DNA of 64,000 bases. Source: Tepidisphaera sp. GTDB lineage: Bacteria > Planctomycetota > Phycisphaerae > Phycisphaerales > UBA1924. A program made the position numbers and the translations under genes. The notes beneath the pieces are model-generated. The model was not told the DNA's origin and ran no database searches. It was given only the letters and a program-made list of their open reading frames with translations. Shown in pieces: positions 28,835-36,824 of this stretch (the stretch's first letter is position 1; every line of letters starts with the position of its first letter). The DNA lies in NCBI GenBank assembly GCA_050916045.1, contig CP051526.1, positions 3,584,001 to 3,648,000 of the forward strand. Direction: 5' to 3'.

Positions 28835-30859
28835 TCAGGTGATCCCCGCGGCGCGGAGCGACTGATAGACCACGAGCGCCGCGAGATACGCCACGCCCGT
28901 CATCCACGCGAGCTGAAGGAAAGCCCACCGCTTGCCGCGCGCTTCGCGGGCCGTCACGGCGAGCGTCGGCAGACACTGCATGGCAAGCACGTAGTAGATG
29001 AGGAGGGACCAGCTCGTCGCGGTCGTGAAGACGGGCGAACCGTCGTCGCGGCGCGCGGCTTGGATCTGCTCCATGACGCCCTCGTGCTCCGGATCGTCAT
29101 CGCCGGTGGTGACGACCGCCATGGTGGACACGAACACCTCGCGGGCGGCGAAGCTCGACAGCACGCCGACGGAAAGCTGCCAGTCGTAGCCAAGCGGCTG
29201 AAAGACCGGCTGAATCCCCCGGCCAAGGAGCCCGATGAACGACCGGGCGCTGGCATCCTTGGCTTCCTCGAGCTCTGCCTGGTGGGCGAGTTGTTCGGCC
29301 TGCGCCGGGTCGGTCGCGGCCGCGGCTTGCGCCTGAAGCTCGGCGACGCGGGCGGGCGGCTCGACCTTGGGATAGCTGCCAAGCCACCAAAGCACGACGC
29401 AGATCGCGAGGATGTTCGTCCCGGCGTTCTTCGTGAACACCCATCCACGGTCCCAGGTCGTGTACAGCGCCGTGCGGAAGCTCGGCACCTTGTACGTCGG
29501 GAGCTCAAGCACCATCGGCCTGCTCTTGCCGCGAAGGAACGTGCGCCGGGCGAGCACAGCGCTCAGCAAACCCGCCAGGATGCCCAACGCATAGCACCCG
29601 ACGAACGCGAGCGCCGCCATGCCGGGCCTGCCCTTGAACAGAAGCGTCGTGAGCAGCACGTACACCGGCAGCCGGGCGGAACACGTCATGAACGGCGCCA
29701 CCAGGATCGTCGCCAATCGGTCCTTGAAATCCGGGATCGCCCGCGCCGCCATGATCCCCGGCAGCGCGCACGCATGGCTTCCCAGAAGCGGGATGAACGC
29801 GTGCCCCGGCAGCCCGAACGGCCGAAGCAGCTTGTCCATCAGCATCGCCGCCCGCGCGAGATAGCCGGTGTCCTCAAGCAGCGAGAGCATGAAGAAAAGC
29901 AGGCAGATCTGCGGCAGGAAAATCACCGTCGCGCCCACACCCGTCACGATCCCGTTGATGAACAGATCCGACAGAATCCCCTTCGGCAAGACTCCGGTCA
30001 TCCACTCCGCCCCGACCGCGAAAATCCACTCGATCGCGTCCATCGGGAAGCTCGCGAGGCTGAAGATCGCGTAGAAAAGCCCCGTCAGCACCGCGGCCAG
30101 GATCACCGGCCCGGCGACCGGGTGCATCGTCCAGCGGTCGATCGCGTCGGTGCCGTCGGCGGAGCGACGGGAAACGGTGTCGCCCAGGCTTTCCGCGTGC
30201 TCGTGCTCTTCCGCAGGATGGGCGACCTCGGCGAAAATGCGATCGGCCCACTCCTCGAGGCCCTCCGTGGTGCCGGGCGGGGTGATGCGCGGGATCGTCG
30301 CGCTGCGGAGCGCGGGCATGATCGAGTCCACGCCCTCCCCGCTTCGGGCGCTGATCAGCCGCACGGGGCAGCCGAGCTTCTCCGCGAGCGTCTCGGCGTT
30401 GATCTCGATGCCCTGCTTGGCGGCGAGATCGACCATGTTGACGGCGACGACGGTCGGGAGCCGGCGGCGGAGCACCTCGCCCGCGAAGATCAGGTTGCGG
30501 ATCAGGTTCGTCGCATCGACCACGATGAGCACGGCTTCGGGATCGACCGCCTGCTCACCCCGCGGCGCGAGGCGGCCGGCAAGCACCTCCCGGCAGATCA
30601 TGGCTTCGGATTGATCGAGTTCCAGCGAGTAGACGCCGGGGAGATCGATGATCTCGGTCTCGTGGACGCTGCCGCCGGCTTCCTCGCGGATGACGCCGAC
30701 GCGAGCGTCCTGCGTCGTGCCCGGGAAGTTGCTCGTCTTGGCCCGAAGGCCGCTCAGCCGGTTGAAAAGCGTCGTCTTTCCGGTGTTGGGGTTGCCCAGC
30801 AGGACCACGCGGAAAAAGCTGGTCCGCGGCGTTTGCGGCGGGATGACGGCAGCGTCCAT
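28835..30859 (-). CDS. feoB: Ferrous iron transport protein B
   Basis: GNPNTGKTT, NFPGTT, DLPGVYSL, NMVD, LEDTGYLARAA, PFMTCSARLPVY and FAAREVFVS motifs. Confidence 0.96.
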   Translation of the reverse strand: MDAAVIPPQTPRTSFFRVVLLGNPNTGKTTLFNRLSGLRAKTSNFPGTTQDARVGVIREEAGGSVHETEIIDLPGVYSLELDQSEAMICREVLAGRLAPRGEQAVDPEAVLIVVDATNLIRNLIFAGEVLRRRLPTVVAVNMVDLAAKQGIEINAETLAEKLGCPVRLISARSGEGVDSIMPALRSATIPRITPPGTTEGLEEWADRIFAEVAHPAEEHEHAESLGDTVSRRSADGTDAIDRWTMHPVAGPVILAAVLTGLFYAIFSLASFPMDAIEWIFAVGAEWMTGVLPKGILSDLFINGIVTGVGATVIFLPQICLLFFMLSLLEDTGYLARAAMLMDKLLRPFGLPGHAFIPLLGSHACALPGIMAARAIPDFKDRLATILVAPFMTCSARLPVYVLLTTLLFKGRPGMAALAFVGCYALGILAGLLSAVLARRTFLRGKSRPMVLELPTYKVPSFRTALYTTWDRGWVFTKNAGTNILAICVVLWWLGSYPKVEPPARVAELQAQAAAATDPAQAEQLAHQAELEEAKDASARSFIGLLGRGIQPVFQPLGYDWQLSVGVLSSFAAREVFVSTMAVVTTGDDDPEHEGVMEQIQAARRDDGSPVFTTATSWSLLIYYVLAMQCLPTLAVTAREARGKRWAFLQLAWMTGVAYLAALVVYQSLRAAGIT

Positions 30860-30864
30860 ACGGG

Positions 30865-31146
30865 TCACGCCTCCGCCCGCAGAACGACCCGGCTTGCCAC
30901 GTCCTTCGCGAGGCCGATCCGGCATCGGCAGTGGCAGCGGCAGGTGTGACCGCTGATCACCTCGACCACGCTCGGATTCCCGACCTTGCTCAGCCGGACA
31001 AGCGAGCCCGGGCGGAGGCCCATCGCCCGGAGCATCGAGGCTTCGTTCGGTTCGAGTTCAAGTCGGACGACCTGCGCGATCTCGCCCGCGGCCCACTGGG
31101 TCAGCGGACGCTCCTGAACGACGGGTTCGGCGACAGTCGAGCTCAT
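30865..31146 (-). CDS. feoA: Ferrous iron transport protein A
   Basis: LRAMGLRPGSLV...GNP SH3-like FeoA pattern directly upstream of feoB; carries an extra HTCRCHCRC segment. Confidence 0.85.
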   Translation of the reverse strand: MSSTVAEPVVQERPLTQWAAGEIAQVVRLELEPNEASMLRAMGLRPGSLVRLSKVGNPSVVEVISGHTCRCHCRCRIGLAKDVASRVVLRAEA

Positions 31147-31152
31147 CGGTGC

Positions 31153-31180
31153 ATTCTAGGCAGTTGAGACTGAGTCGCAA
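31153..31180 (-). promoter_or_regulatory. feoAB promoter overlapped by a putative iron-regulator (Fur-like) palindrome
   Basis: Minus-strand TAGAAT (31153-31158) lies 6 nt before the ATG. The palindrome TTGAGACT-G-AGTCGCAA (31164-31180) covers the -35 region. Confidence 0.6.
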
Positions 31181-31195
31181 ATGCTCAAAGGCCGC

Positions 31196-31933
31196 TCAAC
31201 GTCGTTTCAGCCAGCCTTTGGGGTGGTGTGTGATCAGAAAGCGTTCGCAGCGGGCGTGGTCGATCTCAAAGTGGGTGGCGTGGGGGCTGGTCGCGAAGAA
31301 ATCGTCGATGGCTTTGCGGGGGCCCTCCTCGCCGTTGCGGCTGAACATGGACAGGTCATCGATGACGCCGTCCTGGCAGAGGAGATAGCTGCCGGGCGTG
31401 ACCAGCGGGCTGTAGAGCTCAAGCTCGCGGCGGACATGCGGGCGGTTGTGGTCGCTGTCCAGAATCACCATCACGCGGCCGGGGGAAGGGCCAAGCCAAG
31501 CCCGGAGCGAAGCAAGCGTCTCGTCGCTCACAGAGCTTCCAAGGTGCGTCGTGATGCGAGGATGGGCGGGATCAATCGCGTGGAGTTTTTCGATATCCAC
31601 TGTCCAGATGCGGCCCTGGCCGCGAGCTTGGCTGCCGCTGCCGTACAAGAGGTCGAAGATCTGGGAGAAGAACAGAGCAGAGCCGCCGCGGTTGGTGCCG
31701 GTCTCGATGAGGACGTCGGGCTTGATCTCGGCGATGGTCTCCTGGATCGTCCAGAGGTCCAGGACGTTCTGCCAGACCGGAATTCCGAGCCATGTGACCT
31801 TGTCGAAGTTGTTGGTGTGCTTGATGAGGCGTTCGAAGAACCGGTCCTTGGCGGCGTTGTCCAGAGCGCGAGCGAGCGTCCCGCGGGTGCGTGAGCGGTG
31901 CGAGGGCGGGACTGCGTCTCGGTGCGAAGCCAT
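31196..31933 (-). CDS. CmcI/cephalosporin hydroxylase family methyltransferase-like protein
   Basis: TWLGIPVWQNVLDLWTIQE, IETGTNRGGSA, VMVILDSDH and LVTPGSYLLCQD motifs. Confidence 0.88.
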   Translation of the reverse strand: MASHRDAVPPSHRSRTRGTLARALDNAAKDRFFERLIKHTNNFDKVTWLGIPVWQNVLDLWTIQETIAEIKPDVLIETGTNRGGSALFFSQIFDLLYGSGSQARGQGRIWTVDIEKLHAIDPAHPRITTHLGSSVSDETLASLRAWLGPSPGRVMVILDSDHNRPHVRRELELYSPLVTPGSYLLCQDGVIDDLSMFSRNGEEGPRKAIDDFFATSPHATHFEIDHARCERFLITHHPKGWLKRR

Positions 31934-31983
31934 CGCGGCAGTGTACGTCCTGTGCGCGGGCCTTTTCGGCGCGGGCGCGTGGC

Positions 31984-33159
31984 TCAAGCGTGCTTGGCGT
32001 AGGCCGCGAGGGTTGCTTCGGCGATCTTGGGCCAGGTGAATCGCGAGAGGACGAGTTCGCGGCCCTTCTCGCCCATGGCGCGAGCGGCATCGGGCGACAA
32101 GGCCAGCGCTTCCTCGAGAGCTTTCGCGGTGGGCGCGGCACCGAGCGGGGTGACCCATCCAGCTCCGGCTTCGGCGATCTCCGGGAAGTGGCAGCCTTCG
32201 GAGACGACCACGGGGCACCGGCAGCCGAGAGCTTCGGTGATGGCGAGGCTGAAGCCTTCTTGGCGGCTTGGCAGACAGAAAACCGCGCTGTCGATCATGG
32301 CGGCGAGCTTGTCGGAACCCCAGAGCGGACCGGTGAAGATCACGCGGTCGAGCACGCCGTGCGCGCGAAGCTGGTCGGTCATCGGCTGCTGCATGCCGTC
32401 GTCGGGGCCGGCGACCACGAGCAGAACCTCGCGGTCCTTCTTGGCGACCATCGCGAACGCGTCGGCGAGAAAGTCCAAGCCCTTCTTGAAGTGAAGCCGG
32501 CTGAGAAAGAGGATGTAGCGCTTGCCACGGAGCTCGGGCCGCTTGGCGATGAACGAGCCGGGGGAGGGCAGGCCCTCGATCTCCTGGGGAAAGACGCCGT
32601 TGGGGATGATCACGCCCGGGGTGGAAAGGCCGAGCGGCTTGATCAGGTTCTGCTCATCGGCGTTGCCGAGGTGCAGGAAAGCGGCTCCCTGGAGCATCTT
32701 GCGATACCCGAGCATCATCGCGATCTTCTTCTTGAAGTGCTTGACGGGGCCCTGGCCGGACAAACTCCACGGGTCGAGCATGCCGTGAGGCACGATCACG
32801 TACGGCTTTTTCTGGGCTCGGGCCGCTTTGGCAGTTTGGAGGATGATCGGGGCCCAGATGGCGTGCAGGTGCAGCCAGTCGTACTCCTTCAGGCCGGATT
32901 TGAGCCATTCGGCCGCGGGGTTCAGGAACATCTCACCGAGATTGCTGTGGGGGTCCTCGATCCGGTGGAGCTTGACCTTGTCGAAACCGGGGATGGTGCC
33001 CACGGCTTTGGCGAGGCGCTCATCCGCGGCCGCGTCGCTCTGGTAGAGAACGCCCACCGAGTGCCCCAGCGACGACTGGGCCGCCGCCAGGCGGGCGGCG
33101 ATCATGGGCGGCCCGCCCTTTTGGGGATCGAGGGAGTGGATGACGTGGAGGATGTTCAT
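31984..33159 (-). CDS. Glycosyltransferase family 4
   Basis: PHGMLDPW, IIPNGV, LFLSRLHFKKGLD and LPSRQEGFSLAITEAL motifs. Confidence 0.93.
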   Translation of the reverse strand: MNILHVIHSLDPQKGGPPMIAARLAAAQSSLGHSVGVLYQSDAAADERLAKAVGTIPGFDKVKLHRIEDPHSNLGEMFLNPAAEWLKSGLKEYDWLHLHAIWAPIILQTAKAARAQKKPYVIVPHGMLDPWSLSGQGPVKHFKKKIAMMLGYRKMLQGAAFLHLGNADEQNLIKPLGLSTPGVIIPNGVFPQEIEGLPSPGSFIAKRPELRGKRYILFLSRLHFKKGLDFLADAFAMVAKKDREVLLVVAGPDDGMQQPMTDQLRAHGVLDRVIFTGPLWGSDKLAAMIDSAVFCLPSRQEGFSLAITEALGCRCPVVVSEGCHFPEIAEAGAGWVTPLGAAPTAKALEEALALSPDAARAMGEKGRELVLSRFTWPKIAEATLAAYAKHA

Positions 33160-33305
33160 GACGGGCGGAGTTTACACCGGGTGAGAGGGGCCTAATGCGG
33201 AGTCTTCCACAGATTAGCACGCACAACCGGCGATGGTTTTCTCCTTGGCGAATCGGGGCGGCCCGGCTAATCTCCTCGTAGGTCCCTTTACGTAGAAAGA
33301 AGAGC

Positions 33306-34331
33306 ATGAAAAAAGCACTGATTTTCGCTTGCGTGGCCGGAACCGCGATGACGGCGTCGGCTCAGGATTACCTCCTTGTCGTGGATAGCGGCAACGACCG
33401 CGTCCTCAAAGCCGACCCTGCCACCGGCAACTTCATCGAGAACTTCTGCACCCTGCCTGTGGTCGGCGGCGGCGCGACCCCGAAGGAAGCCCTTCAGGTC
33501 GGGACCGAAGTCTGGGTATCGGACCAGCTTCAGGACAACATCCTCGCGTTCGACGCTTCGGGCACCTTGATTGGCCCGGTGCTGACGTCCGCGAACGGGC
33601 TGGACAACGTTCGCGGCATCGAGGTGACGGACGGCAAGATCTGGGTGACCTGCGGCAGCGGCACCTTCGCCGGCCAGGTGGCCGTCTTCGACCAGACGAC
33701 CCGCACGCTCCTGTTCGCGGTCGCCGTCGGCGGCAGCCCGTTTGACGCCAAGCTCTACAACGGCGAGATCCTCGTGAGCAACTCCACGTCCCACGACATC
33801 GACCGGGTCGCGCTGGACGGCACGATCCTCGGCAAGTTCGTCGATTCGACGGCGGCGGACGCTCCGCTTGACTTCCCCCAGCAGACGACCCCCCTCGCCG
33901 ACGGGTCGGAAGTTCTCGTGGCGGAGTTCTCGAGCACCGAGGAGGTCTTCCGCTTTGACCCGACGGGCGTTCTCCTGCAGGAGATCGACACGGCTCCCGT
34001 CGGGGGGCTCCGCGGCGTGTATCCGCTGACCAACGGCAAGTACCTCATCACCAACGCGGCCGGCGTGCACACGTACTTGGCCGGTGAAGGCACGCAGACA
34101 GTGATTTCGGGCGGCAACTTCCAGTACATCAGTCTCTACCGGGCCGGCCCAAGCTGCCCGCCGGACTTCAACGGCGATGGCTTCTTGGACTTCTTCGACT
34201 ACGACGATTACGTCAACTGCTTCGAGACGGGCAACTGCCCCTCCGGTCGTACCGCCGACTTCAACGGCGACAACTTCGTCGATTTCTTCGACTACGACGC
34301 GTACGTCGAAGCTTTCGAAATCGGCTGCTAA
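33306..34331 (+). CDS. Secreted beta-propeller-like protein with GC-type dockerin-like tail
   Basis: Signal peptide MKKALIFACVAGTAMTASAQ; NHL/propeller-like repeats; tail CPPDFNGDGFLDFFDYDDYV...FEIGC*. Confidence 0.85.
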   Translation: MKKALIFACVAGTAMTASAQDYLLVVDSGNDRVLKADPATGNFIENFCTLPVVGGGATPKEALQVGTEVWVSDQLQDNILAFDASGTLIGPVLTSANGLDNVRGIEVTDGKIWVTCGSGTFAGQVAVFDQTTRTLLFAVAVGGSPFDAKLYNGEILVSNSTSHDIDRVALDGTILGKFVDSTAADAPLDFPQQTTPLADGSEVLVAEFSSTEEVFRFDPTGVLLQEIDTAPVGGLRGVYPLTNGKYLITNAAGVHTYLAGEGTQTVISGGNFQYISLYRAGPSCPPDFNGDGFLDFFDYDDYVNCFETGNCPSGRTADFNGDNFVDFFDYDAYVEAFEIGC

Positions 34332-34430
34332 GCGGAAATTCACCGCCTCACGCCCGAAAACCTCGCGTTTGAGCAATAGATCACGCGACCGACCGTTGCT
34401 CCGGGAACCCCTGTTCCCGGAGCATTTTTC

Positions 34431-36302
34431 ATGGCGTCTACCAAACTCTCCTCCCCCTCGCATCTCTCCCGCCTGTCCGGTCGCGGCGCGACCTTCCTTC
34501 TCGCGGCGGGGCTGCCGGTTGCCACCGTCGGCTTGCTCGCCGCGTCCGGACTGGTCTACGCCCTGCCCCCGGTGCTCTTCCCGGCTGAGAACCCCTTGTC
34601 AGAAGAGAAGCGTGTCCTTGGGAAGATCCTGTTCTTCGACGAACAGCTCTCGACTTCCAATGTGGTCGCGTGTGCGACGTGCCACTCCTTCGGCAACGCG
34701 GGAGCCGATCCGCGGCTCGCGCGGCATCCCGGGGACGATGGCATGCTGAACACCCCCGACGACATCCTGGGCTCCGCGGGGATCATCCGCTCGGACGAGC
34801 AGAACGACTTTGAGCCTGACCCGCTTTTCGCGTTCCGGCCGCAGATCACGGATCGGGCCGCGAACTCGCCGATCAACGCGGCCTTCTCCCGGCTTCTGTT
34901 CTGGGACGGCCGCGCGAGGGAGCAGTTCATCAGCCCCGAGACGGGCCAGGTGGCCATCGCGCAGCGCGGCGCGCTCGAGTCCCAGGCACTCCAGCCGATC
35001 GTGAACACCATCGAGATGGCGCACGCGGGTGTGGACTTCACGAACGTGAACGAGCGCCTCGCCACGGCGGTGCCGCTCAACCTTGCGACCAACCGCCCGG
35101 CCGATGTCGCGACGGCTCTCGCCGGCCGGCCGACGTACGGCGACCTCTTCGAGCGTGCCTTCGGCGATCCCGAGATTACCGCAACGCGGATCGCCTTCGC
35201 GATCGCGACCTACCAGCGCACGCTGATCTCGGATCAGACGCCGTTTGATCGCTTCCGCGCCGGGCAGCAGAACGCCCTGACGGCGGCCCAGCAACGGGGC
35301 CTCAACGCTTTCCAGGGTGCGGCTCGCTGCTCCGTGTGCCACACGGTGAACAACGATCTCCTCACGGACGACACCTTCCGCAACATCGGGCTGCGTCCGC
35401 CCGCCGAGGACATCGGGCGTCAAGCCGTCACGGGACTGGCAGGCGATCTCGGCCGATTCAAGGTCCCGGGCCTCCGCAACGTCGGCCTCAAGCGGACGTT
35501 CATGCACAACGGCCAGTTCCAGACGCTGACCGACGTGCTCCGGTTCTACGCCAGGGCCCCAGGCGCGGCTCCCCAGTTCCCCGAGAACCGCGACCCCGTG
35601 ATCCCGCAGATCGCGTTGCCGCCGAACGCCGCGGCCGACATCCAGGACCTGCTCCAGAACGGCATGACCGACCCGCGCGTCGCGAACCGCACGTTCCCCT
35701 TCGATGCGCCCACACTGTTCAGCCAGCGCCCCAACGATCAAGCGACGCCCATCGGCGGCGGCGTTCCGGGCTCGGGCGGCGTGATCCCGCGCATCGTGGT
35801 GCAAGCCCCGCCGATGGTGGGCAACCGCGACTTCCGGATCGGCGTCGAGGGTGTGCTCGGCGGAGCGACGCTCCGCCTGGCCATCTCCTCAAGCCCGCCT
35901 GTCGCCGGGCGCATCACGCCCGAGCGTCTGTTTGACGTCCAGACCGCTTCGGGTGTCGGCGCCGGCAACGGCTACGCGACCGCGCACTGGCCGCTGCTTC
36001 CGGACCAGGTTTCGCAGGGGCAAGTGCTCTTCGCGCAGTGGATCGTGACCGACCCCGGCGCGGCGGGCGGCACGGCCCTGTCGGTCGTCGGCCGGTTGCC
36101 GATCTTCTGCGGAGCTTCGGGGTGCCCCACCGCTTGCGGCCCGGCCGACATCAACGCCGACGGGTTCCTGGACTTCTTTGACTACGACTCGTTCGTCGAA
36201 GCCTTCGAGGCCGGCAACATGGTCGCGGACTACAACGAAGACCAGTTCCTGGACTTCTTTGACTACGACGATTACCTCGCGGCTTTCGAAACCGGGTGCT
36301 GA
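34431..36302 (+). CDS. Di-heme cytochrome c peroxidase (bCcP/MauG family) with GC-type dockerin-like tail
   Basis: LGKILFFDEQLS, CATCH, LFWDGRA, CSVCH and FKVPGLRNV...FMHNG; tail ADINADGFLDFFDYD...FETGC*. Confidence 0.92.
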   Translation: MASTKLSSPSHLSRLSGRGATFLLAAGLPVATVGLLAASGLVYALPPVLFPAENPLSEEKRVLGKILFFDEQLSTSNVVACATCHSFGNAGADPRLARHPGDDGMLNTPDDILGSAGIIRSDEQNDFEPDPLFAFRPQITDRAANSPINAAFSRLLFWDGRAREQFISPETGQVAIAQRGALESQALQPIVNTIEMAHAGVDFTNVNERLATAVPLNLATNRPADVATALAGRPTYGDLFERAFGDPEITATRIAFAIATYQRTLISDQTPFDRFRAGQQNALTAAQQRGLNAFQGAARCSVCHTVNNDLLTDDTFRNIGLRPPAEDIGRQAVTGLAGDLGRFKVPGLRNVGLKRTFMHNGQFQTLTDVLRFYARAPGAAPQFPENRDPVIPQIALPPNAAADIQDLLQNGMTDPRVANRTFPFDAPTLFSQRPNDQATPIGGGVPGSGGVIPRIVVQAPPMVGNRDFRIGVEGVLGGATLRLAISSSPPVAGRITPERLFDVQTASGVGAGNGYATAHWPLLPDQVSQGQVLFAQWIVTDPGAAGGTALSVVGRLPIFCGASGCPTACGPADINADGFLDFFDYDSFVEAFEAGNMVADYNEDQFLDFFDYDDYLAAFETGC

Positions 36303-36308
36303 CCCGAT

Positions 36309-36644
36309 TTAGCCCGCCCGAGGACCGCCGAAGAGGCTGGAGAGTTGATCGCTGAGCTCGCTCCGCGCGCTGCGATACTCCGTCATCAGCTTCATGCGGT
36401 CGCTGGTTTCCGAACCGACCTTCGTCAAGCGGTCGTTGAACTGCTTGCGGATCTCCTCCAGCTTCTTGAGCTGTTCGGGCGAGGGGTTCTGGTTGCGGAT
36501 CATGTTGTCGAGGCGCTTGTTGACCTCGGCCATTTCCGAAGCGAGCGGGTTGGACTGCTTGTCGGAGGAGGGGCCCGCTTTCTTGTGCTTGGCGGAGTGC
36601 ATGATCTGGAAAGCCGAGTCGGACATCTGGCTGGGAATCCGCAT
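36309..36644 (-). CDS. Small hypothetical coiled-coil protein
   Basis: AAGGAG RBS before ATG 36644; charged helical sequence with host-like codon usage. Confidence 0.65.
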   Translation of the reverse strand: MRIPSQMSDSAFQIMHSAKHKKAGPSSDKQSNPLASEMAEVNKRLDNMIRNQNPSPEQLKKLEEIRKQFNDRLTKVGSETSDRMKLMTEYRSARSELSDQLSSLFGGPRAG

Positions 36645-36824
36645 GGTGAATCTCCTTGCCGCGACCTTGCGGCAGTGAGCCCCACGCAATCACCGTGCCA
36701 GACCGGGATCGAGCCGCAACGACCACCCCGCGCAAAGCCGGCCGATCTCGCGCAGGTTTCGCTTCCTCCGTGCGCCCCACCCCGAGCCATGACCCTCCGA
36801 CCCGCCAGCGGGTAATCTGAGCGG

